Of a stretch of DNA of 64,000 bases, positions 50,337 through 62,814 are shown piece by piece. This DNA is from Lama glama (taxonomy: Eukaryota), in NCBI GenBank assembly GCA_028534125.1, contig CM052816.1:78308001-78372000 (forward strand). Reading direction: 5' to 3'. Position numbers and translations under genes: made by a program. Every line of letters starts with the position of its first letter. Positions within the stretch are counted from its first letter, which is position 1. The notes under the pieces are model-generated. The model was not told where the DNA came from. It saw only the letters and a program-made list of their open reading frames with translations, and did not search any database.

Positions 50337-50776
50337 GCTTTTAATCCCTTGACGCCGGGAGTTGGGATTTCCCAGCACACTTCCATTGCCGGCAATGAGA
50401 CGCACCGTGACCGCCAGCGCCAAGGGGTTAACATATACTTGTAAAACCATGTAACTCTTAATTTGTACCCGTGTCTTTACTCTTATTGATATATAAAATT
50501 ATATATACATATGAACCATAAAGCTACATAAAACTTAGCAACAATAAAAAAGGATAACACACATTAATACAATTCAAAGAAAAATTAATAACCTTTTATG
50601 CTGGATAAATCTCATTTCTGTTTTTTTCTTTTTTATTGTCTTTTATGTTAAACTTTCTACAAAAGGATGTATAAATGGTTAAGTAGAGAATATCTACAAA
50701 ATATTGTCTCTCATAAGTATTACATTACTTGGTGTACATTTAATAGACTGACATGTATAAGCACATAAAAATCATT

Positions 50777-50821
50777 TTACGTAATACGCTGCGAAATACG
50801 TTGACTCCTCCTCCGCCTCAC
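50777..50821 (-). CDS. NIPBL: NIPBL isoform B read-through C-terminus (VRRRRSQRISQRIT*)
   Basis: Frame continues past the exon 46 donor to TAA; matches the known isoform B end. Confidence 0.9.
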   Translation of the reverse strand: MRRRRSQRISQRIT

Positions 50822-51010
50822 CCCTGAAGTGCCTCCTCCTCTATCCTCCCCATCACTTTCATCATCTTCTGTCTCTGCTGCTGCATTATTTTTAGGGCTG
50901 CCTCCTCCAAGCAGCGAGGTAATTGCTTTGTTCCGAGCATTTGTGCTGGCTGACACTTCCCCTTCTTCCTCCTCTTCATCAGGGTCCAGATGTTCCATGA
51001 GAAGTTTGAA
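50822..51010 (-). CDS. NIPBL: NIPBL exon 46 (FKLLMEHLDPDEEEEE...GGTSG)
   Basis: 189 nt, donor GGG|gtgagg. Confidence 0.96.
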
Positions 51011-51164
51011 CTACGAAAATTAGATATTAATTTAGAACTTCAAGCAAATATTTCAAACAAAACTGTCAAATTCCTAAGTGTTTTTCTTTCTTTTACATTT
51101 TTTTCCCTAAATGTTTTCCATGGATGTAGTTTGATGTGGGTGAAACAGACTTTAGCTACTGTCC

Positions 51165-51333
51165 AAGTCCAAGCTGGCAAGTATTTTCTGTAGTCAGATA
51201 GTGGTTTTGGCTTTGCAGGCCAAAATACAATACCCAAATGAATGGGCATGGCTGTTGCAATAAAATTCTACTTTACAAAAACATGCAGTTGGCTAGTTTT
51301 TGCCCATAAACCAGATTCTACTGACCCTGGTCT
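51165..51333. mobile_element. MER58-like hAT MITE
   Basis: ggctttgcaggcca...aaatgaatgggcatggctgt...aataaaa motifs. Confidence 0.65.
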
Positions 51334-51639
51334 AAGTCATCAAGTAGCTAAGTGATTAATAATTACTGATAGACATTTTAAAATTTTCTAACTCCTTTGC
51401 TCTCTGCCAAGATAAGAGGATACAAGAGGAAGCAAAAGATGTCAAAGAATTTTAAAGAAGAACTAAAATAATTTTCAACTTTAGAGTATAAAATTCGCAG
51501 TCTATGAATGATATGAAAACCACTGTGGAGGTTACATTCTTGATCAAAAAATCATTATTAAGCTATGTTCAGCTACCTGCTTTAAGTACGTTAAAATTAA
51601 CTTTATTTTCACTTTTTAGGACAGTCTCAAAACATTTTT

Positions 51640-51900
51640 TAAAACATTAAAAAAATTTTATTATGGTAAAATATATATAACACAAAAGTTACCATTTTAA
51701 GCATTTTAAAGTGTTTAATTCATTGGAATTAAGTATATTCACAATGTTGTGCAATAACCACCACCATTATTTCTAAAACTTCTTCATCATCCCACACAGA
51801 AAGTCATCTTGTACTCATTCAGTACTCTCCATTCTCCCCTCCCCATTGGCCCCTGGTGACCTCTATTCTATTTCTTGTCTCTCTGAATTTGCCTATTCTT
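51640..51900 (-). mobile_element. L1MB-like 3' end
   Basis: ttattatggtaaaatatatataac...tattcacaatgttgtgcaa...aatttgcctattct. Confidence 0.75.
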
Positions 51901-52342
51901 AAAGACATTTTTAAAAGCACATTTTACACACACACACACGGAAAAGTAGTAACACTGACCGCCAGAGGGGAAAAGAACACAATGACTGAAGAGGACAGGA
52001 GGGCGACTTTTCATGGTTTTTCCTTTTACGAAATATAAACCATATAATCCACTGAATTAAAAATTTACGTATATGGGGCATAGCTTTTTCCTAACATTTG
52101 CCTAAAAACCTTCATTTTTGATAAAATAAAATTAGTGGTGGGCTGGTATTTCCTAAGAAAAAATAATTATGATGCAGTGGGTTAAATGAGAAAGGTATTC
52201 TTAAAGTAACTCATTAAAATAATGGTGATGGTTCATGAAACTCATCTTCAGTATAACGGAGGTAGCTATCTCCCCACCCCAGAAGTTGACTTTTCAGAAA
52301 AGCCATTATCAGAAGGAAATACGTTTTGGTTTTACTACTCAC

Positions 52343-52517
52343 ATCTAGATACTGTTTTACTATACTCCTCTTCACATCTTCAGTGATTTTGGAATTAGCC
52401 ATATCACTCCGCAGGAAGTCCAGTGTTTGTTTAGGATGAAAATGAACTCCCGTTTTTCGGTTTATCGCTTTATCATACACTTTTGCAGATTCAGATGGAG
52501 AGTATTTCTGAATTTTA
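52343..52517 (-). CDS. NIPBL: NIPBL exon 45 (KIQKYSPSESAK...KQYLD)
   Basis: 175 nt, ORF 52214..52540. Confidence 0.96.
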
Positions 52518-52998
52518 CTGTTTTCGGGAAATAAAACCATTAATTAAAATTTTTTTCAGACATTTACATTTAAATTGATTCTAGTTAAATTTTATTTACT
52601 TGTAATTAAACTTCTTGTCATACAGATTTCAACCAGTGAAATTGTATATAAAAATATAATTTAAAAAGGGAAATAAAGACAAAGATTAAAAAGAATAATA
52701 TTCTCTTATTTCTGTTGTTATTTGTCTTGAATAGAGGCTTCATTTCAATGAAAGTAGCTTCCCATGTCTATTTTTAACACCATGATTGTGACTGTAGGAC
52801 AGTTTTAATACAAGTACTCAATGCTTCCTAACTGGTTTACCGCCTTCTACTTTTTTGACTCCCAACTATTCATTCTCTACACAGCAGCCAGAATGACTGT
52901 TTACAAACCTGTTTCATATTATTAACAACTGTTTAAAAATCCTTCCAAATCCTTAGGACTACTCTAAGACCTTACAAGGTTTTAAATTATTCTGCATA

Positions 52999-53470
52999 CA
53001 AGTATACCTTGGGGACACTGAAGGTTTAGCTCCAGACCATTGCAATAAAGCAAATATTGCAGTAAAGAGAATTATATGAATTTTTTGTCCCAGTGCATAT
53101 ACAAGTTAGTTTACACTGTGCTGTAGTCTATTAAATATGCAAATAGCATTATATCTAAAAACAATGTATATCTTAATTAAAAAATACTTCATTGCTAAAA
53201 AATGCTATTATCTGAGCCTTCAGTGAATAATTTTTTGCAATAGTAACATCAAAGATCACTGATCACAGATCACTATGACAAACATAAAAAAATGAAAAAA
53301 CTTGAAATACTGTAAGAATTACCAAAATGTGACACAAAATGAACAATTGCTATTGGAAAAATGGCACCGACAGACTTGACACAGGGTTGCCACAAACCTT
53401 CAACTTGTGAAAAAAAAGCAGTATTTGTGCGATGCAACAAAGAGAAGTGCAATAAAACAAGGTGTGCCTG
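52999..53470 (-). mobile_element. Internally deleted Tigger1 derivative (Tigger1a-type)
   Basis: Termini caagtatacctt... and ...aaggtgtgcctg resemble the Tigger1 TIR CAGGCATACCT; TA on the left. Confidence 0.85.
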
Positions 53471-54243
53471 TGGTTACCAACATTTAACATCAAGGTATTT
53501 CTCATTAAAATCTGGTGTATCTAGCTTCTCTCAAAAAAAAAAAGGAAGCTATAGCCACATTATGCCCACCCTCTTCGGTGGCAACCAGTTGATGAACATC
53601 TGAGTAATATCTGACCCCTTCAGATGAACCATATTACTTCCATTTGCCACTGATCTTCTACCAGGTCCACTCTACTCATTTCATTATCTGCCCCCCATGA
53701 ACATTTGACTTCATACAGTTTCAATGAATGTGAAAAACTGTCCAAAATTCCAAGCGTACAGGCAGAAAAGAGATATCTATAGTGACTAATGGTAGGGAAA
53801 ATTACAAGGCAGTCTCATTTATTAGTACTTTTCTATATCTTACTTTATAGAGTACATTAAAGACTACTGGGGTCTGCCAGAACTCGGCCTAGTTGGTCTA
53901 CATTTATTCTTCATTTATAGCTCTTTAAAAACTTAAATTTGCAATCCATTTTAAGATTAGTCTAATTCTCCATTTTTTAAGGAAATCAACAAAATAAATC
54001 CTTAGATTTATAATGCATTATTGCCAATTAGAGAAATTCTGTTTTCCTCTCTTCAATAACAGAATGGACAAATTATGGTATATTATAAAACAAAATACTA
54101 TAAATCAATAAAAAGGAACAAACTCCTTTTTTAAAAGGGGCATTTTTAATATTAAATTCAGCATACAGTCATAACTGGGTTTCATATTTGTTCATTCTCT
54201 GAACAGAGCAAAGTTTTTTCTCTCACTGCTTATGGAAACTTAC

Positions 54244-54518
54244 CTATCAGAAAATCCACAGAGATTCTTCAAATGTTGTTTTAACATCAGAAGCAATAAA
54301 ATACCCTGGGAGACATTTGCAAACTCAATTAAAGGAGCTGAATTTTCTGGCAAACATTTCATCACTGAATTTATATCATCTTCTGAATCTGAATCTGAAT
54401 CTGAATCTACACGTTTCCGGGACTTCCGAGGCCTGGAGACTTCTTCTTCGCTCTCACTTGACTCATTTTCCTTACCAGGAGATGATTTTCTCTCTTTCCT
54501 TTTGTCTTTTACCATAGA
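54244..54518 (-). CDS. NIPBL: NIPBL exon 44 (SMVKDKRKERK...LCGFSD)
   Basis: 275 nt, ORF 54240..54569. Confidence 0.96.
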
Positions 54519-55159
54519 CTGAAGAAAAAAAAAAAAGGAAATTATTCTGTTTAAAAATAATAAAAACAAAACACCACTAACAAATATACATATGCTCCAT
54601 TCAACAGCTTCAAAAGCGTCCTTAAATTATTATCTTATATGTCGAAACCCTCTGATTTTCCATAAACAACTGGAGATGTAACCCATGGAGGAAAAATTAG
54701 GTTCAAGACTAACTAAAATAACGCTCCTCCAACCACTGAGTCACCCTCCCCAAACCCTTGTGAAATATCACTCTAAGGGAAACAACTTTCTTATAGTAGA
54801 GTAATGAAAGATAAATTAATTTAAATCATTTTAGACGAAAAGCAGTAATTATAATTTAACTGAGGAAAATATAATAGGCTTGAACTCCCCCAGCTTCTGT
54901 CAAACTAAGAACTTTTCACAGCAAGATGTGCATCTTTTCTTAAACTTAAATTCTGTTTTTTTGTATTTTATGAAACTGTCAGCTATTAAAAAGAAACAAA
55001 GTCAGCTGGTTTCAGGAGACTGAAAAGACCAGCTTACAAAGCAATATTCAAAATATAACTGTTAAGAAATAAAAGAGGAGAAACATTTACAAGTATGTCC
55101 ACAACAGTAAGTGAAGTAAAAATAAGATAATATGATGGCCCAAGTTCCTAGGAAGTTAT

Positions 55160-55320
55160 TAACTTCTCAAAATTTAATGTGCACATTAAACACCTAGGGA
55201 TTGTGTTAAAAATGCAGACTGTCTCAGCAGGTCTAGGGTGGGGCCTGAGGTTCTGCAGTTCTAATAAGCTCTCAAGTGAGACCAGCGCTAACGGTCTTGG
55301 CCTGAACTTCAAGTAGCAAG
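55160..55320. mobile_element. MER5A-like MITE
   Basis: ttctcaaa...cagcaggtctagggtggggcctgag...ttctaataagctc motifs. Confidence 0.75.
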
Positions 55321-56136
55321 GGCTTAGATACCTCTGTAATTCCAACCCTTAGGTATTAATCCCCCTGATTTACAAGTTTAACCACACTGAGTTTTGAGCA
55401 CTACAATTCTGTAAGATGAGGTATCTGTTTACATCGTCAGGCACATGAAAATAGTCCAATTAATTTATGAAGAATGCACTGAGTGCCTGCTGTGTGTCCT
55501 GGGCTACACCAGGTGCTTTTACAATTAAACCAATTACATTTCCTCCTAAAACTATAAAAGAAAAGACATAAAGTTCACAACAAGAAACTTAGTAAAGATT
55601 TTGGGCACACAATATGCCAGCTCCATTATGATGCTGGTGTTCAGGGATCAGGAAATTGACATTATTACAAATTTTCTGTGTTTTCTTACTATATCTGTAT
55701 CTCCTCAGGTATACTATTATTATCTACATCATTACCAGATTTATAAAATAGCAAAGTGTTTTAAAATGGGGTTTAAATGAATATATGAATGGATACCAAA
55801 CACTCAAGGTCAGTGCTTAAAGTGAGAGAAATAAAGAAGTGGGATGACCTATCAACAGAACAATCCATATATGTATGTGTGTCATGTGTGTATATAAATA
55901 TAAATTCCACCTAAGTGATCTGAAGTAAGATGGTTTAAAAGTCTTTCTTAACAGAAATGAAATGGCACCCCACTTCCTCTCCCCAATTCAAGCACTACCC
56001 AGATTTCAGTAAGTTCATTTAGAAAGATTTTATATACCTGTGAAAAGAATAAGAAGAACAATGAGAAACAAAACAGTGAAAATAGCATGCCTGCACTCTG
56101 AAAGATGCATTAAGAATAGTAATGTGTGTAACTTAC

Positions 56137-56283
56137 CTCCTTGAAAGACTGCAGTAGGTTACTACCAGAAACTGAGAGTGTAATGTCTATATGATGCATT
56201 ATAAACAACGGCTCTTCCTGTGTCTGGTATGGAAAACAGGCTAGATTGTCTGCTATATACAAGAGCATATTCACTTCTGTTTT
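56137..56283 (-). CDS. NIPBL: NIPBL exon 43 (KTEVNMLLYIADNLACFPY...SFKE)
   Basis: 147 nt, canonical splice sites. Confidence 0.95.
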
Positions 56284-57274
56284 CTGTAAATTTTAAAAAA
56301 AGGTACACATGTTTAGTGGATAATCTAGAAATCCATCCAAAAAGCCTTTTTAGAAAAAGTAATACAGGGCACTTTCACCTCAGTTAATGTTTCAGAAAAA
56401 GAGAGAGAGAGAGGGAAGACAGAGACGGAGGGAAGAAAAAAGGAGAGGAGGGGACAAATGGATTTTATAGAATAATCTTAAACCCATTTTAAGAGATTTC
56501 ATAATGACTTAAACCATGGTACCTTAAGAAGAGGTGAAATTTTTTAGTGCACCCAAGTGGGAGTTCCTAAAGTTTTCTTATATAGAGTATATATGATAAA
56601 TCCATACCACATCAGAAAGTATACATATGAATTCATAATTATTTGTCTTTGTGCTTCTAAGAGTTTAACCCATATGGAGATCAGTTACACACAGTTACTA
56701 TTCTGCCCTCAGAAGTAAGTGGTAACTATAGTACTAATATGTGGGTTAAAAAAAAAACAAAGTTCATGTACTCATAAAACAACTGTCAGTTTCCTATATA
56801 AACATAATTTAGAACATCAGAGTCATTCTGACAGTGCTACTACAGTTTCACACCACAAAAACTCTGGAGGTAAGCAAAATTTAAGGGAGAAATTATGATT
56901 ACTACCTGTTTGTTTGAAAAAGAAGTAACAAACAGAATTTCAGCATTTTGTGATCATACAGAGTATGAACAGAAAGATATATTAATATTAAAATTCCTTA
57001 AAAATATTTACAGCTTAAAAAAAAAAGAAAAAGAAAAAATAGCAATTAAAAACACTCCTTCCTACTCTCTCTCTTCTGCTGTCCAAACAACATAAAATCC
57101 AATAGCAGCAACAGCCAACAACAAAAAACCCATAGGACAGATGGAATAAACTTGCTATTCGTTATCACGAGACTCATTCTACTTTTTATTTTTAAATATA
57201 TATCTACACCTACATGTTAAATTTGGGGAAATGCAGACATAGAACCCTACCTCATCTATTAGTTTTAACATTTT

Positions 57275-57296
57275 ACACACACACACACACACACAC
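57275..57296. repeat. (CA)n microsatellite
   Basis: Direct reading. Confidence 0.9.
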
Positions 57297-59407
57297 TTTC
57301 CTCTCAAACTGAAAATGTTCAGTACTACTCTGAATAAATCTTTTTAAAACTCTGAAATTCTTCAACTTTAGCCATAAAGTCCTATATTGCTCCTTCCTTT
57401 TAAAAATCAGACTTCTTTAAAAGAATAGCCTAGAGCGGCTCCTTCCATGTCTTCCCTACCAGTCTTTTATTAACTAAAATCATGCTCTGTCCCTCACTGC
57501 TTGGCTGCTTCTGCCTGCCAAATATCCAACTCCACTTCTCAGTAGCATTGAACACTGTTATCCACCCCTCCTTCCTGAAAACTTCTTCCTTAGTTTTCTC
57601 TTCTGAGCTCTTTGACTATTCCTGTTCTATCTCCTTCTCAAATCAACTCCTTTTCAAAATGCTTTTAGCAACATTCTATTATTCTCTTAGGTGCTGAGAA
57701 CAAAAATAATCCAGTTATCCTTTTGCTATTCTTCTCACAGTCTTGTTTAATTCATTCCTTCCTTTCCTTTTCTACTATCCATTCTTTTCTTTCCAGCTGT
57801 CATCATAACAGATCAATCCCTTACTACCTTCAGTGTGAACACAATGCTAAAAAAATCTGTGTCCCTAAAATGATCTTCCACACCTGTCCTCATCACTGTA
57901 CTGGACACTTTAAACAGTTTTCCACTGTCTACAAGATCTTCCATGAACCATGCCTCACTATGACCTTGCTTATGCAGTTAAATAACAATCTATTCATTAT
58001 TTCCCACACATTCTATCCTTGTGCCTTTATTCATGCATTTATCCCTGCCTTAAATAGTAGATCCATCTTATCTAATCCCCCTAGGCCTTCGGTGATTTGT
58101 TCCTCCTCTGACATCCTTTATTGGAGGTGGTCAGAAGAAAGCACTACCTTATGAGAGCTGATTTCCAGTTTAACATTTCACATGCTGAGGTGACAGAACA
58201 TCCAGCTAATGACACACAGCAGGCAATGAAAACATGTAGGAATGAAGCTCAAGGAGGAGGCAGAGACTAGAGTAATATCCATACAAACCAGTTGGTACTT
58301 AGATTATGCTAACCTTAACTATTATTTCCTTTATTTTGTGTCCTATCCTCCCACCTGGAGATAAGATCCAATGAGGATAAGAGCACATTATCATACCATT
58401 TTGTACTCCTATCAAAATGTCTTACACACAATGAAAGCTTAATACTGATGATGATATGATGATGATGGCCCTTGTGATGATTAAATTATATTCCAAGTAT
58501 TTCTGAAATAGATGTTTGTAATATTTATTTGCTAGATCATATATCCAAAAATTTCATGTAGTATTAAAAAGAAGAGGTCTAGTAAGGTATCTACATTCTG
58601 GTAATTTTAATTTTGCTTTACTGAAAAAAATCTGGTGTTGGAATAACAACAAAGTCAAGCTACCAAGCGATTAAGGAAAGAAATTTTTTTTTCTTTTTAA
58701 AGCTTTACACACTTATACTAATTGGTAAGATCTATGTGGAAAGATACCACACCTGTCCTATTTACTATTTTATCTTCATCGCCTAGCACAATGGCTACCA
58801 TGTAGCAGACACTGAATAAATATTTATGTAAAATGAATAAATTAAGAGGAAAGCTTAAAGAACAGGATGTTCATTTTTCTTGCCTTATGGGCCTGGCCAA
58901 TGCAACTTGTGCAGTAGCCCAAAGGGTCAAAATTGTAATTACACAAAAGTGGGCTTTTCATTAAGGAGGTCAAATTGAGTAAGTAGGGATCTTAGCAGCC
59001 AAAAACCTAAAACAGTTACTCTAACAATATTTGAGTGTGATAAAAACAAGTGAAATCTCTCTCGCTCGCTCGCTCGCTCTCTCCATCTATCAAATCTATC
59101 CCTGAAAGTGAGACTTTAGTAACTTAGCTTATTTAAAGGTATGCTTCAAGAACCTGCTATCAAGACTTATAAGATATTGAGTATGGAGACACAATTATAC
59201 TTTATCCCTCATTGTGTTTATTCTCATAAAAAACTTCCCCTTCAATTTTGACTGCATACCTTATAATTAACATAGACTTAAAGAAACACAAATTTAATAC
59301 AGTCACTATTATTTACTAAAATGGTAATATTTTAAAATGTTGACTACATTAGGCATAAAATTCATAGAACATTTATTTTCTTAAAATAATAAGTTTGTTA
59401 TGCTTAC

Positions 59408-59608
59408 TGCTGTGTCATCAAAGAGGTTGAGTAAAGAAATTAGAAAGGCTCGTCTGTGCTGGCGGTTTCCACGGATCATGGAGTAAAGGTGTGAACACAA
59501 AGCACTAGAGGACTCGTCTTGTCTGAAACCCCTTACAGGATCTTTTAGGCATGTGTTGATTGCCTGTTGTACCTGGTAAGACATCTTCATACCAGCCACC
59601 GCTTTCAT
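59408..59608 (-). CDS. NIPBL: NIPBL exon 42 (MKAVAGMKMSY...LFDDTA)
   Basis: 201 nt, ORF 59381..59608. Confidence 0.96.
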
Positions 59609-60096
59609 CTGAAATCAATAAAAGCCTTATTTTTGCCATGGAAATTGAAAGTCAAATTAAAAATATAATTTTGAGCATTATACTACAAGGCTAATAACTT
59701 CATTATCTGGTTTTATTTAAAATAATTAAAATCATAGAATCCAAGTGCTGGAAGGAACCTTGAAGACCATCTATTGCAAACTGCTCACTTCACAGAAGAA
59801 AAAAGGGAGACCCAGAGGAGCCATCACTGCTAAGATCACACAATAGGAAACAGAACCCATGCGTCCCTGGATATTTAGTCCAGCACATGTGCTGGACTGT
59901 TATCTCCAGCTCAGTCTTAAGAGTTAGTGTGAAACAAGAATAGACACCTTGGCGGACAAACCTAGTAGCATGTTTAGAAGTGGATACTAAACAAAATATT
60001 TTATTCTAATACGAATGTGAACAGGACATTTGCCAAAGAAATAGGTTATCAGAGAAAGATGTTTGAATTTAGGTTATACAATTAAAATATACATAC

Positions 60097-60204
60097 ATGA
60101 ATGAATCCAGCATATTTTTTGTCTATTTCCACAAGCTGCTGGTCAGCCTTGTTCCGCATAGCTGGTTCTGGGTCTGTGCCCATAGCAATTAAATATGGTA
60201 CACA
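60097..60204 (-). CDS. NIPBL: NIPBL exon 41 (CVPYLIAMGTDPEPAMRNK...GFIH)
   Basis: 108 nt, canonical splice sites. Confidence 0.95.
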
Positions 60205-60879
60205 CTGGAAATAAAAACAAAGAATTTGTAAGACATCACAGTAGTAAAAGCTCTACATGTATCTTGACATACATTAAAACTTGCTGTGTATCTGGGCTAC
60301 ATGAATTTAGCTTTACAGGCCTTCCTATTAATGCCATGTTTTAGTGTTCTTTTAAAAATTATTAATCTTCGCTTAGATTTAGTCTAATGCAAAAAAGCCT
60401 GGAGCATCAACAAAACTACTGATGTGGTGAAATTTAAACAATTTCACTGTGAATTTAAGGTTCTTTAAAATGAACAGGCTTCCAGCCTAAAAATATCCAT
60501 TTAAGATTTTGATATATACTACAAATGTACAATCCAATGATTTTTTTCAAACCTGATTGAATTTTCTAAGATAATATTGGAGAAAAAGCAATTCCTCCTC
60601 CATACTCAAAACTAGAAAAATATAATTTTTTTTCCACAAAGCTGACTTTAGATATGGCTTCAATGATCAGTCAGTTGAATAGGTAGTTAATTTGGTAACA
60701 GCCACACTCATTGTATACTTATAAAGAAACACCACAACTATGTTTAGTAAATCTGAATCAGAGAGCAGTGAGGAAACTAGAAAAACAAGAACAAAAAAAA
60801 AAAAAAAAAAGAAAAACAAGAACAATAACAAACGAACAAAAAGCTTCGAAAAAGTAGACACGGCACCAAACTAAAATCC

Positions 60880-61220
60880 TGGAAAAAAGTCCATAAAAAA
60901 ATACTATTAGCTTAACTTGCAAAATATGAAAATGAACTATATATCAGATAACATTGTATCAATGTTAAATTTCCTGAATGACTGCATTATGGTTTTGTTA
61001 GAGAATGTCTTTGTTCTTAAAATATATATGCTGAAGTGTTGAGGTAAAAAAAAAATCATGATATATGAAACCTACTATCAGATGATTCAGAAAAAAGCAT
61101 ATGAATGGAGAAAGAGAGAAAATTTGTGGCAAAATGTTAAATGGTGAATATAGGTGAAGACTATAAAGGAGTTTATTGCCCCACTCTTGAAATATTTTTT
61201 ATTAGTGCGAAATTTGAAAG
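60880..61220 (+). mobile_element. Old L1 (L1MC/ME-like) 3' end
   Basis: tgtatcaatgttaaatttcctga...tgtggcaaaatgttaa...ggtgaag motifs. Confidence 0.65.
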
Positions 61221-62097
61221 GGAAGTTTATAAGAAGATATAACAAAGGCACAACCAGCTCAAACCATTTAGAATACCAGCAAAGAACCCTAAGTATCTAA
61301 AAAATTTGAGTCTCAACCAAGTACTGCCAAGTGATCTTGCTGATGACGACAGTGACTCATGGAGAACAGGCTAAATATTCACTAGTGTGCTTTGTTTCAG
61401 GACACAGGGAGGAACATGGCATAATAACATACAGCATATTTTAGGGAAAGTTCCACAAAATACAGCCAAAGTAAAAATCTTAAAGGGCACAGGCTTTGGT
61501 TATCTAATAAATTCACTTCTGCAGCCTAGCGCACACTCCTGAACACATGAGATGGTGTAAATACTACTATATCAGCATTAGCTGCCAATCCTCAGTAGTA
61601 CTAATATGTCTTGAGTACATCATTTAGTCCACGCATCAGTGTTCTGAGGTGTTGGGCAGTTGATGTTACTTCCAGTTAAAGATGAACTGCGTTCAGATTA
61701 CACAGTTTATTTTTCTGCAGATTAAAATCTACCCTGTGTAACAGTTAGATTATTAACCCAGTTAACTTTCTTGACATTACATGCTGCTGGTTCTTAGGGA
61801 TAAAAGTCAATATGAATTAAAATGAATCTATCATCTCTACTTAGAAGAAATAATTCTGAGTACATATCCTACAGATATAAATTGGAAGTTTGTTTAATAG
61901 AGACAACATTATGAATATATGGGTATTTTGTAGTAATGATAACCTAAGAGATGGACTAAAACTTAGATTCTTAAGAGTTTGGGACAAAAAATATAACCAA
62001 GAGGAATAAAGAACTACTTATTCTCTAATCATAATGTCTTCAAATAACAATAAATTTGGCTCTTTTAGTAACGACTGCTGCTATAAAACATACTTAC

Positions 62098-62288
62098 TTG
62101 AACTGGATGAATAAGACCTTGGTTTAGAGTCAATGCAATGACATTTAGGGCAAAGTGGCGTACACTTGATTGGGTGTGAAAAAACGCCTCAAGCACCTGT
62201 TTGAGGTAAAGCTGCATGATGGAACTACTCATCCCTGAGGAAACATCACCCATTTCTTTTAAATCTTCCTGTTTTGCAACCTTCTTCC
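62098..62288 (-). CDS. NIPBL: NIPBL exon 40 (KKVAKQEDLKEMGDVSSG...LIHPVQ)
   Basis: 191 nt, overlaps ORF 62065..62253. Confidence 0.96.
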
Positions 62289-62640
62289 CTACAAAAGGAA
62301 GTAAACATGTATATTAACTTTACTAAATACACCAAATTAGGCCACAACCAAAAGCACAAAATGTTATAGCTGGTTCAATGATTCTTAATTTTTGTTGTTG
62401 TTATCTCTGTTAGAGACTCCTTTGAGGACCTGATGGAAACTGTAATCCCTCTCCCTTTGTCAAAATGTTAACATCAGCACATATATTACATTTTACAAAC
62501 CGGAGTTTATGAAGGATTCTTATCTAACTGAACTCCTTCATCTAATAGATAAGGAAGTTCAGAGATCTAGTTTAAAAAAGAGCCACAGAGTATGCTAACT
62601 GCAGCCACACAGTCAATTCTGAAAATGTGTTCTCACTTAC

Positions 62641-62814
62641 AGTCTCGATCTGCCTGCTGCATACGTGTATCTTCTTCTTGTAGGTAGGTCTGGAGGTTTT
62701 TTAACACCTGTATTTTTAAATTTACTGAGGAGTTTTTATCAGACAAAATATTATTATATAGATTTTTCACCTCTTGTTCAAACATTAGACTTGGATGCTG
62801 AATAAAGGCAAATC
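62641..62814 (-). CDS. NIPBL: NIPBL exon 39 (FAFIQHPSLMFEQEVKN...QQADRD)
   Basis: ag/gt boundaries on - strand, 174 nt. Confidence 0.95.

Larger units (their letters stand above)
49898..62814 (-). other. NIPBL: NIPBL partial gene span (last nine coding exons, human 39-47)
   Basis: Exon sizes 174,191,108,201,147,275,175,189 nt plus terminal exon join in frame; peptides are near-identical to remembered human NIPBL C-terminus. Confidence 0.98.

Noticed and set aside
50205..50450. 81-aa ORF across the NIPBL intronic hairpin
   Set aside because: Out of frame with exon 47 and has no recognisable protein character; the CpG retention is better explained by the inverted-repeat structure
50829..54522. 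+ strand ORFs 50829..51023, 54232..54522 and 54317..54517
   Set aside because: Antisense shadows of low-complexity NIPBL exons
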